Source: a virus. From it: a stretch of DNA of 64,000 nt. Positions 1 through 9,018 of the stretch are shown one piece after another. The notes under the pieces were generated by a model. That model had not been told where the DNA came from. It ran no database searches and saw only the letters and a list, made by a program, of their open reading frames with translations. The DNA lies in the IMG/VR virus record IMGVR_UViG_3300030101_003608, positions 32,001 through 96,000 of that record; one strand, 5' to 3'. The stretch's first letter is position 1, and each line of letters begins with the position of its first letter. Both the position numbers and the translations under genes were made by a program.

Positions 1-3000
1 AGAAATGGGTGATACACCTATTTTAAAATTTTTAAGATTATAATCCTCATCTTTACTTGGAAACTTAGAAAGGTCTGTAAGCATTAAGTTTGCTAAATCT
101 GATAAAGTCTTCCCATCAAAGTCATCTGTAGACGTTTCATAATCAGATTCACTTAATCCATATACACTAACATTATTTAAGTCTTCATCGTCCATCTCAG
201 CTTTAACCTCAATAGTTTTTAAAATTGGTTTAAGCTCAGATAAGTATTGTTGCATAGGAGGAAGATTTGGCATCTTAGAATCTACGTTAATTGTTGGTGT
301 TCCTAAAGTCATATCAGCTGTTCCAGCAGATAGCGCTTGCTGATCTACAAAACTTCTTGTTCCCGGAATTGGAGTTTTAAGATCTTGATCTTCATAGATT
401 CTATTTATTTCCTCTAAATAATTATCATATTCTGCACGTAAATTGTTACCTCTTGAACTAACTGTACCCATGCTTTCAAGAAAACCCAGGTCTTTATTAG
501 TGTTCATTCCCTCAATAAACCATTCAGGATCTTCAGCTACATACTCATCATAAGCATCCATAGCTTCGTCAGCAACAGCACCAGTTATCATTGCAGTAGC
601 TCCTCCTGCTATTGACCATATCAGATGAGCTGCAAAACCCATACCCGGTATTACATTAGCAGCTTCTAAAGCTGAACCTGTTACAGCAGCAACAGTAAAA
701 CCTTTCATAAAGTTTTGAACTGCCCCACTAGTAGTTAATCTACTGGCTGGCTCTAACTCTTGTGGACCATACTGATTTACTGCACCTCTTACATATTCGT
801 CATAAGATACAGTTCTATACCCACCGGTTATTGGATCATATGTATTCATTAGATGAGCTCTTTCATGCATATTTCCACCAACTTTTTTAGCATAGTCTAT
901 TAAAAGAGCAAGTTCTTCTTCTGATCTTTTTTTGTTAGCCTCATCTGCTTTAGCTTGTATTATATTATAATCTTCTAAATCATGAGTTAAACTATATATC
1001 TTATTATTTTGTTCTTTCATACTCTTAGAAAATAAAGCATTGTTTTCTTTAACAAAAGTTTTATAGTTTTCTAAGATTAACCCTAATTCAAAATCTTGTT
1101 TACTTCCCATTATATAATCTGTAGCAAGCATGTCTTTTGTACGTTGAGCTTGTACTTCTTCTGTTTGGTTTCTAAAGTCTCTACTACCATCATTAACCCC
1201 GCTACCTCCTAATCTAGGATCAGGCTCACCTTTTTTAGGTGCAGCTATTGCTTTTCTAAACATTGCATAAGCTGTTTTTTTATCTATTTCACCAGACTCA
1301 TACATATCTTTATATTTACGAAACTGTGCTTGATCATATCTATTATTACCCCAAGATCCAAATATATTATTAACTTCTTCAGGAGTAGTATAACCCTTAT
1401 CTAACATTTCAGACATAATGTTTTTTAAAGAAACAATTGTCTTATCCATATTTTCTTCTGCAGCTACTACATTATTATATATCAAACGCTCAACATCGTC
1501 TTTAGACATACCTCCTGGAGTTGCTCCTTTTACTGGTTCAAGTTGTACAAAATGTTTAGATTGTGTTGGTACAGGTAGCCCTTGAGGACCTATTTCATAT
1601 TCACCTGTTTCTAATTTCTTTTTTATTTCCTTGTCATATGCTATTTTAGCTTTATTTGCAGCTTCTCTAGCATTTTCATCAAGTGTAGGAAAATGTGTAG
1701 GTTCACCATTTTTATCTCTAAATAAATAAGGGTATCTTCCTGTCTTAGCCATACCATCAATAAACTTTTTCTTTTGATAGTTTTCTAATTCTTTTCTTTT
1801 AGAGTAATTTATTTTAGCAAGTTCATCTACTTTATAAGTTTGTTCAAAATTAGCTATAGACATATTTGAAGCTGTACGAAGAATGTCTCCTTCTAACATT
1901 TGACTTGCTAGATTAAGGTCTATACCATAACGTAAATTTTTAAGGTCTTCAGGATTAAATGGAGTTCCACCTTCAGTATTACCAGTTGACTTAACGTTTC
2001 CAGTAAGGGTTTCTAAAGTTTCAGTCATGGATTCTTCCATTTGTTCTAGATCAGAAAGATACTTTTCATATTGTGCTAAAGAGTTATCTACATCTTCAGT
2101 AGGGTTCTTTTCTGATTTAATCCTTAAGTTATCTACTTTATTTTGAACAATTTTCTTTTCAGATTTTATTTTATCAAGTTGTTTTTGTTGCGCATCTCTT
2201 AAAGGAGTTACTTGTTCATTTAAGTATAATCTTTCCGCATCTTGTCTAGATAAGTTAGCATCTTTAGACATTTTATCTTTAATATCAGCTTGTCCTGCAT
2301 TATATGCTTCTACTCTATAAACATCCATTACACGAGGATCTGATGCAAGGGCTTGTCTAAATCTTCTTTGTAAAGGTTCTTTTAAAAGTTCTCCATTTTG
2401 AGTTGTAACCCAGTAAGCACCATTTCGTTGCATTACTTTTACATTACCCATCTCCTTCTGAATTTCTCTCATTACCTTATCTGTATTTACATAAGGCACA
2501 TAGTTAAAAGTTTCAAAACTAGATAGTTGATCAAAAGGTAAAGCTTTAAACTCCTCCATTTTATTGTTCAAGTATTGCAAGCCACCACCCCAATACATAC
2601 CTTGTTCTTGCTTATTTTTTGAAGTAGCAAAACTTTTACCTTTAGCATACTCTGTATTAAACTGATTAGTTTTTACTATATCAGCAATCAGATTAGGGTT
2701 TTGATAAAAAGGTTTAAATACTTGTTCAGCTTGTATTACATTTTGTTTTAAAGACAGGTCCATACCTGCAACTCTACGTACATCAAAATCAATTTGTTTT
2801 AATATACTATCTTTAACTTTTTGGCTTTCAGGATTTGACACTTGCGTTTCATATAACCTACTGTATACATTATTAAGTTGACTCCAATTTTGATCATACT
2901 TAGTTTGCTTTAACTGAAGATTTCTACTTAACACATTCCAATCTAATTGGAAAGGTTGATATGATGGTATAAAGCTTGTTATTCCCTGTGGATAAGTTGC

Positions 3001-3003
3001 CAT
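1..3003 (-). CDS. Large putative virion cargo/ejection protein (C-terminally truncated by the window edge, >=1001 aa; missing from ORF track)
   Basis: ATG at 3001-3003 (MATYPQGITSFIPSYQPFQLDWN...); no in-frame stop in the segments I translated; own upstream promoter-like motif; Gly/Ala-rich hydrophobic segment at ~574-705; follows the other giant late genes. Confidence 0.75.
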   Translation of the reverse strand, partial: MATYPQGITSFIPSYQPFQLDWNVLSRNLQLKQTKYDQNWSQLNNVYSRLYETQVSNPESQKVKDSILKQIDFDVRRVAGMDLSLKQNVIQAEQVFKPFYQNPNLIADIVKTNQFNTEYAKGKSFATSKNKQEQGMYWGGGLQYLNNKMEEFKALPFDQLSSFETFNYVPYVNTDKVMREIQKEMGNVKVMQRNGAYWVTTQNGELLKEPLQRRFRQALASDPRVMDVYRVEAYNAGQADIKDKMSKDANLSRQDAERLYLNEQVTPLRDAQQKQLDKIKSEKKIVQNKVDNLRIKSEKNPTEDVDNSLAQYEKYLSDLEQMEESMTETLETLTGNVKSTGNTEGGTPFNPEDLKNLRYGIDLNLASQMLEGDILRTASNMSIANFEQTYKVDELAKINYSKRKELENYQKKKFIDGMAKTGRYPYLFRDKNGEPTHFPTLDENAREAANKAKIAYDKEIKKKLETGEYEIGPQGLPVPTQSKHFVQLEPVKGATPGGMSKDDVERLIYNNVVAAEENMDKTIVSLKNIMSEMLDKGYTTPEEVNNIFGSWGNNRYDQAQFRKYKDMYESGEIDKKTAYAMFRKAIAAPKKGEPDPRLGGSGVNDGSRDFRNQTEEVQAQRTKDMLATDYIMGSKQDFELGLILENYKTFVKENNALFSKSMKEQNNKIYSLTHDLEDYNIIQAKADEANKKRSEEELALLIDYAKKVGGNMHERAHLMNTYDPITGGYRTVSYDEYVRGAVNQYGPQELEPASRLTTSGAVQNFMKGFTVAAVTGSALEAANVIPGMGFAAHLIWSIAGGATAMITGAVADEAMDAYDEYVAEDPEWFIEGMNTNKDLGFLESMGTVSSRGNNLRAEYDNYLEEINRIYEDQDLKTPIPGTRSFVDQQALSAGTADMTLGTPTINVDSKMPNLPPMQQYLSELKPILKTIEVKAEMDDEDLNNVSVYGLSESDYETSTDDFDGKTLSDLANLMLTDLSKFPSKDEDYNLKNFKIGVSPIS

Positions 3004-3068
3004 TTTATTAGTATTATTTTATTTTTTAAATATATTAAAATTTTTAAAGTTTATTAAACTTATAAGGT

Positions 3069-5336
3069 TTAATTACCATAAGGTAATGTACTATATCTTG
3101 GTATAAAAGTACTAGAATTCACTGATCCTCCATACCTGCTACTACCACCATCAGGATCTGGAGTAGCATTAGGATCTGGAGTACCATCAGGATCTGGAGT
3201 AGTTGTAGTAGTTGTTGGTGCTTGACCCATAGTTGTAGGATCTACATTTGGATAATACTTTGCAAGACATTTAGCAGGATCATTACCTGCGCCTATACAA
3301 GCTGATAAACTTCTTCTTTGCAAGTTTGTTCCTCCTAAAAAGTTACCTAACCAATCATAGTTCTCTGCAGCATTTTCTAATGATTGTTTCATAACATTCA
3401 TTTTATAAACATCCATTGCTCTTTGATCTCTGTTAGCTCTAATTTGATTAATACCAGCTGTCTCTAAATTTTTTGTATTTGCAACAGCTCTATTATAATC
3501 TGCATCAAGACCTGCTCGCATTTTCTGCTGATTCATTCCAAGTGCTGTTTCATCTTTATAACGTGCAGCACCAAGCATTGCATTTTTATTATACACATCT
3601 GTAACAGTAGATGCTATAGGACCTGTACTAGCCGCATTTACTTTAGCTATCATAGCTTGTTTTTGACCTTCTGTTAACCCTGACATATTTCTAATATCAT
3701 TAATCTGTGCAAGCTGATTACTTTGTTGATTTTGTACAGCTGTTCTATAGTCTAAATAATTTGTTTTTGGTGTAGGCACTATATCCAAACCAACAGGGTC
3801 TGGAGTTGCTAAACGTCTTCTCATAGAAGACATGGGAGGTAAAGCTAAAGGATCACTTTTCTTTTTTTGCTGTATCTCTTCTTCAAACTCTTCTCTACAA
3901 AAAGCTTCTTTAAATCCTGTACACCTTTGTTCTACAGTATAACCTTCAATTCTACCAGAAGCAAGAATTTCTTCAAAAGTCATTTTATTGCTAACAACCC
4001 CATCTTTTTCACATTGACATCCGTTGTTTTCCTCTGTTTCCTCAACCTCAACATAAACATCCTCTATTGTTTCTTCAAATCTTGATTGATCACCTTTACA
4101 TCTTTCCCAAATTTCCTGAGCCTGTGGACTATTAGGATTTAAGTGAGTTTTTCTACTTCCTGTTTTCTCAAATGCTACATCAGGATCTGTAAGTTGTTCC
4201 CAAGTTGCACCATCTTTAATCATATCACAAATTGCACCTTCCCATCCTGATGAAGAAGGTCTTCCAGAACTTCTAGCTTCAGAAGCATTTTTTCTTTCTT
4301 CCCCAGGAGTTATAGTTGTTTCAGACTCAAATCTATCACTATCTGTACGACCTCTAGTTCCTGTACCGGGTAACCTATCAACTTTTTCAGCACGTCTACC
4401 CTCTACTGTTTCACCAGCATCTTGATATTTAGTTAAACCTCCGTTAGCCATAACAAAAGGCATATCATATCCTCCTAGTTCCATACCATAAGCAGCCATA
4501 GGCATAGGCTGTTCCATCTGAGGTGGCATCATTTGCTGTTCTTGCTGCATTGCCATCATCTGTCTAGGATCCATCATAGGTTGCTCTGGAGGAGCCATAC
4601 CTTGTTGTGGCATTGCTACAGGTTGACCATCAGGCATCATAGGAGGCATTCCTTGTGGAGCTTGTGGTTGTTGTTGCATAGCCTGAGCTTGTTGCATTTG
4701 CATAGCCTGCATCTGTTCAGCCTGAGCTTTTAATTCAGGAATTAAATCTTCTTCAGTAATTCCATTAGCTTCCATGTAAGGTTTAGCTATTTCAGGAATG
4801 CCTTGCGGGAATCCTTTCTTAGCTTCTTGAGCTAAAGCAAGAGCACCCAACTTCATGACTATATTCTTAATCATGATTTCTGCAGTGTTTCTAGATAATC
4901 TATCTGTGTCAGGATCCATAAGTATAGCTTTATACTTACTGATATCATAAGGCTTTGCAAGTTCTGCAGGAGTATAACTACCTTTAGTCTTACCAAACAT
5001 TTGTAAGATTTTAGGGTCTTTTATCTTCATTGACTTAGTGTCACTAAAAATAAAACTATCATCTGGAAGATTCATAGGTACACCACCACTAGAATGTCTA
5101 GGGCCTTTTATAGTCATATGATCTACTATACCATCTCCTGATATTTGACCTACTACAGTTTCTCCACCTTCTGCTTCTAAGTTAGCTTCTTCTCGTGGTA
5201 CTCCACCAATAGTTCTTTTAGGTTTTAAAGAGCCTGTTGAATTCTCATCCATACCTCTACCTAAAGATAATCCATAGTCTACTTGTTGCCCATAGGCAGC
5301 TTTTGGTAATCCTAAACTTTTAATTCTAACTTTCAT
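3069..5336 (-). CDS. Putative virion cargo protein, 755 aa (EAEGGE...GPRHSSGGVP N-terminal domain, Q/M/P low-complexity tract)
   Basis: ORF track; position downstream of tail genes; GG motifs (LPKAAYG, MANGG, YQDAG, SRYGG). Confidence 0.6.
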   Translation of the reverse strand: MKVRIKSLGLPKAAYGQQVDYGLSLGRGMDENSTGSLKPKRTIGGVPREEANLEAEGGETVVGQISGDGIVDHMTIKGPRHSSGGVPMNLPDDSFIFSDTKSMKIKDPKILQMFGKTKGSYTPAELAKPYDISKYKAILMDPDTDRLSRNTAEIMIKNIVMKLGALALAQEAKKGFPQGIPEIAKPYMEANGITEEDLIPELKAQAEQMQAMQMQQAQAMQQQPQAPQGMPPMMPDGQPVAMPQQGMAPPEQPMMDPRQMMAMQQEQQMMPPQMEQPMPMAAYGMELGGYDMPFVMANGGLTKYQDAGETVEGRRAEKVDRLPGTGTRGRTDSDRFESETTITPGEERKNASEARSSGRPSSSGWEGAICDMIKDGATWEQLTDPDVAFEKTGSRKTHLNPNSPQAQEIWERCKGDQSRFEETIEDVYVEVEETEENNGCQCEKDGVVSNKMTFEEILASGRIEGYTVEQRCTGFKEAFCREEFEEEIQQKKKSDPLALPPMSSMRRRLATPDPVGLDIVPTPKTNYLDYRTAVQNQQSNQLAQINDIRNMSGLTEGQKQAMIAKVNAASTGPIASTVTDVYNKNAMLGAARYKDETALGMNQQKMRAGLDADYNRAVANTKNLETAGINQIRANRDQRAMDVYKMNVMKQSLENAAENYDWLGNFLGGTNLQRRSLSACIGAGNDPAKCLAKYYPNVDPTTMGQAPTTTTTTPDPDGTPDPNATPDPDGGSSRYGGSVNSSTFIPRYSTLPYGN
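3148..3216 (-). repeat. Tandem 18-bp coding repeat (TPDPDG/TPDPNA x3) after a poly-Thr run
   Basis: ggatctggagta occurs three times at 18-nt spacing. Confidence 0.85.
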
Positions 5337-5340
5337 AGTA

Positions 5341-8300
5341 TTATTCTATAATTTCAATTGAGCCTCCTGCGGCATATATTGCATCTATTTGTTGTGGTGT
5401 TAAATCATATACACCCCCTACTCTGTATTGACCTCCTCTAGCGCCAACATAATTTATTGATGAAGGTCTTGCACTACTAGATTGAATAGGATCATTAAAC
5501 TGTGAGTTAACCATTGATTGATATCCAGTAACAGCATCAAATCCTTGATTTATATCAGTACTTATATTTGATACTTTAGAATCTGAAGTTTGTTTATTAC
5601 GGTCAAATTCTTCTTGTCTACGTGTATCTGCAGCTACACCCCTATCAACAATAAAGTCAGCAAGTCTACTAGCAGTATTAGCTATTAAGGGGTTATTAGT
5701 TTTTCTAGCAGTATTAACTTTAAAATTTTCAGATTTAACTGCGGCATTATAACAGTCACTTCCAACTCGTTGTAACTCAGCTTCTGTACAATCTTCTAAG
5801 TTAAAGTCATCATCTGAAGTATTTTCAACTAGATTCATATTAACTGCATCCTGATCTCCCATGAAATCAGTATCTATTTCTCCAGCCATAAAAAACTTAT
5901 CTAAACCACTGTATATATTTTGACCACCTTCATTAAAGTTATCTTTATTTAAAAATCCTGAATCCTTTCCAGTATAGTAATCTTTAAAACCTTCATACTC
6001 GCTACCATCTATTTTTCCATCATCATCAAATGTATTTTTATTAGGTGTCCATGTAACATTTAATCTGTCTTTTCCTATCTTTTTATCTTTATACTTTAGA
6101 TTCATATTAGCTCCTATGATTCTGTTTCCATCACTATCAAACTGTGCACTTCCATAAGGTTGTGCAATAGTATTAGGTAATCCATCTACTCCTATATATC
6201 CAAAAGCAGCATCTTTATCACCGTCTTTATGAGATAGCCAATCAAATTGTTTTGGTGCATATATATCTCTCACTGTACCAAGAACACCTCTTAAACCTTT
6301 ACCTTGAGTAATAGGTTCAAATGCTGTTTTAAAATGATCTTTAATTTGACCAAAGACTCCTTTAGATGTAGGATAAACTGTTTCTCTATATTTTTGAACC
6401 TCTGCTGAAGGAGACATTGGTCCTAGTACTGGATCCATCTTAGGTTTCTTAAATGCTCCACCTGGTGCAAAGTAAGGATCTGTAATATCTTTATACATAT
6501 CTGGATCATCCATTTCATCTCCACCATATACATACTTATATAAGTCAGGACTTACTGAACCTCCAAAAGCTACACTAGGAAAAGCACTTCTGTTATAGTC
6601 CCTTGGTGAATACTGTTTAGCATTTCCTCCACCAACAAAATCTAAGTCCCATCTTCCATTACCTTTATCTACAATTTTATATTTTTTAGGCTCTTTGATA
6701 TAGTTACGATCAGCTCTTTTAAAATACTCTATAGCAGCTTCTTTAGTCTTAGCATTCTTTGCATGCTTATTATCTAATACTTTTTTGTTTTGTTCAGTAG
6801 CTTGTTTATTTATTTCTTTTGCTCTTTTCTTCTTCTCCTCTATGGTATTCTCTCTCCATCCAGGATAGCTATCAAACCATTTCTTCAGCTTTTCTCCTCC
6901 AGGATCATCCTCATCATAATGTTCATAACCCGAATCTTTAAATATCATTTTATAAATTTCTTCTTTTGAATAACCTTGCTCTAATAGACTATCAATACGT
7001 TCATCCCAATATGCATTTTCATTCCACTTATATGAATCCGCAGGGACATCAGGATCCCCACCTGCTTTTACATAATCATAAACATCAGTAGGATCTTTTT
7101 TCCGCCAAGCCTCTATAGATTTTTCTTTTTTACTTTTTCCAACATTGTCAGGATGCCATTTACTATCACGGTGTTCATCTTGATATTCTTGAGGCATCTC
7201 AGAAAAACTTTTTGTACCATATTCCTTACCTTGCCAAATAAAAGTTGTAGCTCCAGCATCTCTAGCTGTTCTATATGCTTGTGAGAAAGTCATATCATCT
7301 GTAACACCAAAATTATCTGCAGAAACTTCAGTAACTTCATTATCTACAACCTCTTGATTCTGTAAAGCTTCAATTCTTTTTTCTTCATTATAATTTGCTA
7401 TATCTTCTTCTGTAGCATTAGGTCCTAATACCGCTAAAGCTTCAGCATTTGGATCATTTGGATCTATTACATTTTCATCAGCATTGTCCATATCATCTTC
7501 ATCATCAAATATATCTACAGCATCATCATAAGCCTCTATAGCAGGATCTCGTACTACATCAATAAATTCTTCTGAATCTTCTTTTTCATAATTAGTGTTT
7601 TCAACAGGACCAGCTGGATTTTTAGGACGGTCAACCCATTTATTTGCAGTACTATCCCAAATTAAAGTAGGATCTCCCGTTAAATCATTTAATACTTTTT
7701 TAAAATAGTCAAACTCTGACTGTCCATCATTAGGAGGATTATTCTTAAGCTTTAAAGCTCTATCACTATCATCATTGGCTTCATTAATATCTTTTATAAG
7801 AATCTCTGTTGCTGTAACTCCAGGTATTACTCTAGTACCAATATTTCTTGTTGTATTATATCCAGTACCAGCACTACTAGTTCCAAGAGTTCCTCCAAAA
7901 CCTGGTAAAGAAGTATAGTCTAAACCTGATATACCCCACTCTCTTCTACCAAATCCTTTTTTCTTAAAGTAAACATCTACATTAGTATCTTCAAGACCTG
8001 TTCCTTTTCTAGAAAATTCATTAGCTGTATTACGATGACTAAATATTTGAGGCATCATTGAACCTAAATAGTCAGAACCTATAGTAACCATGTCTTTACG
8101 AATCTGGTTATAATCAGGAGGTAATACACTTTTACCTTCATAAATAGAATCATTTAACTCTTGCCAAGTAAAATCACCTCTTTTTAAACCTTTTCTTAAG
8201 GCTTTTCTATCAGATCTTTCATACGGACTTTGTTTACTAGCTCGTCTTGCTATTCCTCTATTTGTTACTCTTCTTGTCCTCCCACCTTTTCTAAACATTT

Positions 8301-8958
8301 CTGACTCATCACTATAATTCATGTCAGCCATTTCTTTAGCATAGAATTCATTACCTTCATCTTTCACACCTTCTATAAATGTATTAAGAGTTGCTGGTTG
8401 TGGTAAAATGCTGCCAGGAGTTTCTGTTTGCATTTCTCTCCCTTCTTTAGCTTCTTTTAAAAGTTTTTTCTTATAACCACCTTTAGACATTTCAGCAGGT
8501 TGTTCTTGCATAGGTTGTTCTTGAGAACCTTCTTGCATCTTAAGAGAAACCATACCTACTAGATCTTTAAATTGAGTCAGCATTTCTTGAGTCATTTGCT
8601 GATCAACCTCTTGACCAGATTGCTGAAGTTTAGCTAAACTTACTTCTACAAATCCTCGTACAATATCATCTTCAGAAACTCCTGAACTAAGTAGTTGCAT
8701 TATAATATTAGGAGGTGTAACATTTTCCTCCATACCTTGCATAATTGCAGCTGTGGCTGAATTTTCTTGGGGTTGACCTGCACCTTGCTGTTGAAGCATT
8801 TGCTCTTGTTGTTGCTGCTGCATCATAGCCATTTCTTCTGGAGATGGTTGTTGCATTCCTTGTTCAGCCTTAAGCATAAACTGCTGCATTTTATTTATTA
8901 CACCAGGTTTTTCACCACCTAATGCTTTTCTGATTCTATATCTTTTTGTTTTTGACAT
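5341..8958 (-). CDS. Putative virion cargo protein, 1205 aa, largely low-complexity, many GG motifs
   Basis: ORF track; poly-Q and acidic tracts; FSQAYRTAR..G...FIWQGKEYGT mini-module; C-terminal DLTPQQIDAIYAAGGSIEIIE. Confidence 0.6.
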   Translation of the reverse strand: MSKTKRYRIRKALGGEKPGVINKMQQFMLKAEQGMQQPSPEEMAMMQQQQQEQMLQQQGAGQPQENSATAAIMQGMEENVTPPNIIMQLLSSGVSEDDIVRGFVEVSLAKLQQSGQEVDQQMTQEMLTQFKDLVGMVSLKMQEGSQEQPMQEQPAEMSKGGYKKKLLKEAKEGREMQTETPGSILPQPATLNTFIEGVKDEGNEFYAKEMADMNYSDESEMFRKGGRTRRVTNRGIARRASKQSPYERSDRKALRKGLKRGDFTWQELNDSIYEGKSVLPPDYNQIRKDMVTIGSDYLGSMMPQIFSHRNTANEFSRKGTGLEDTNVDVYFKKKGFGRREWGISGLDYTSLPGFGGTLGTSSAGTGYNTTRNIGTRVIPGVTATEILIKDINEANDDSDRALKLKNNPPNDGQSEFDYFKKVLNDLTGDPTLIWDSTANKWVDRPKNPAGPVENTNYEKEDSEEFIDVVRDPAIEAYDDAVDIFDDEDDMDNADENVIDPNDPNAEALAVLGPNATEEDIANYNEEKRIEALQNQEVVDNEVTEVSADNFGVTDDMTFSQAYRTARDAGATTFIWQGKEYGTKSFSEMPQEYQDEHRDSKWHPDNVGKSKKEKSIEAWRKKDPTDVYDYVKAGGDPDVPADSYKWNENAYWDERIDSLLEQGYSKEEIYKMIFKDSGYEHYDEDDPGGEKLKKWFDSYPGWRENTIEEKKKRAKEINKQATEQNKKVLDNKHAKNAKTKEAAIEYFKRADRNYIKEPKKYKIVDKGNGRWDLDFVGGGNAKQYSPRDYNRSAFPSVAFGGSVSPDLYKYVYGGDEMDDPDMYKDITDPYFAPGGAFKKPKMDPVLGPMSPSAEVQKYRETVYPTSKGVFGQIKDHFKTAFEPITQGKGLRGVLGTVRDIYAPKQFDWLSHKDGDKDAAFGYIGVDGLPNTIAQPYGSAQFDSDGNRIIGANMNLKYKDKKIGKDRLNVTWTPNKNTFDDDGKIDGSEYEGFKDYYTGKDSGFLNKDNFNEGGQNIYSGLDKFFMAGEIDTDFMGDQDAVNMNLVENTSDDDFNLEDCTEAELQRVGSDCYNAAVKSENFKVNTARKTNNPLIANTASRLADFIVDRGVAADTRRQEEFDRNKQTSDSKVSNISTDINQGFDAVTGYQSMVNSQFNDPIQSSSARPSSINYVGARGGQYRVGGVYDLTPQQIDAIYAAGGSIEIIE

Positions 8959-9018
8959 GTCTAAAAGTACTTATTTATAATATACTAATTTTTAGTTTAA
9001 TGTTTAAACATTTAATGT

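Noticed and set aside
2778-2800. IDFDV in the edge ORF as an RNA polymerase catalytic motif
   Set aside because: Lacks the third Asp of DxDxD and lies in an N-terminal helical region
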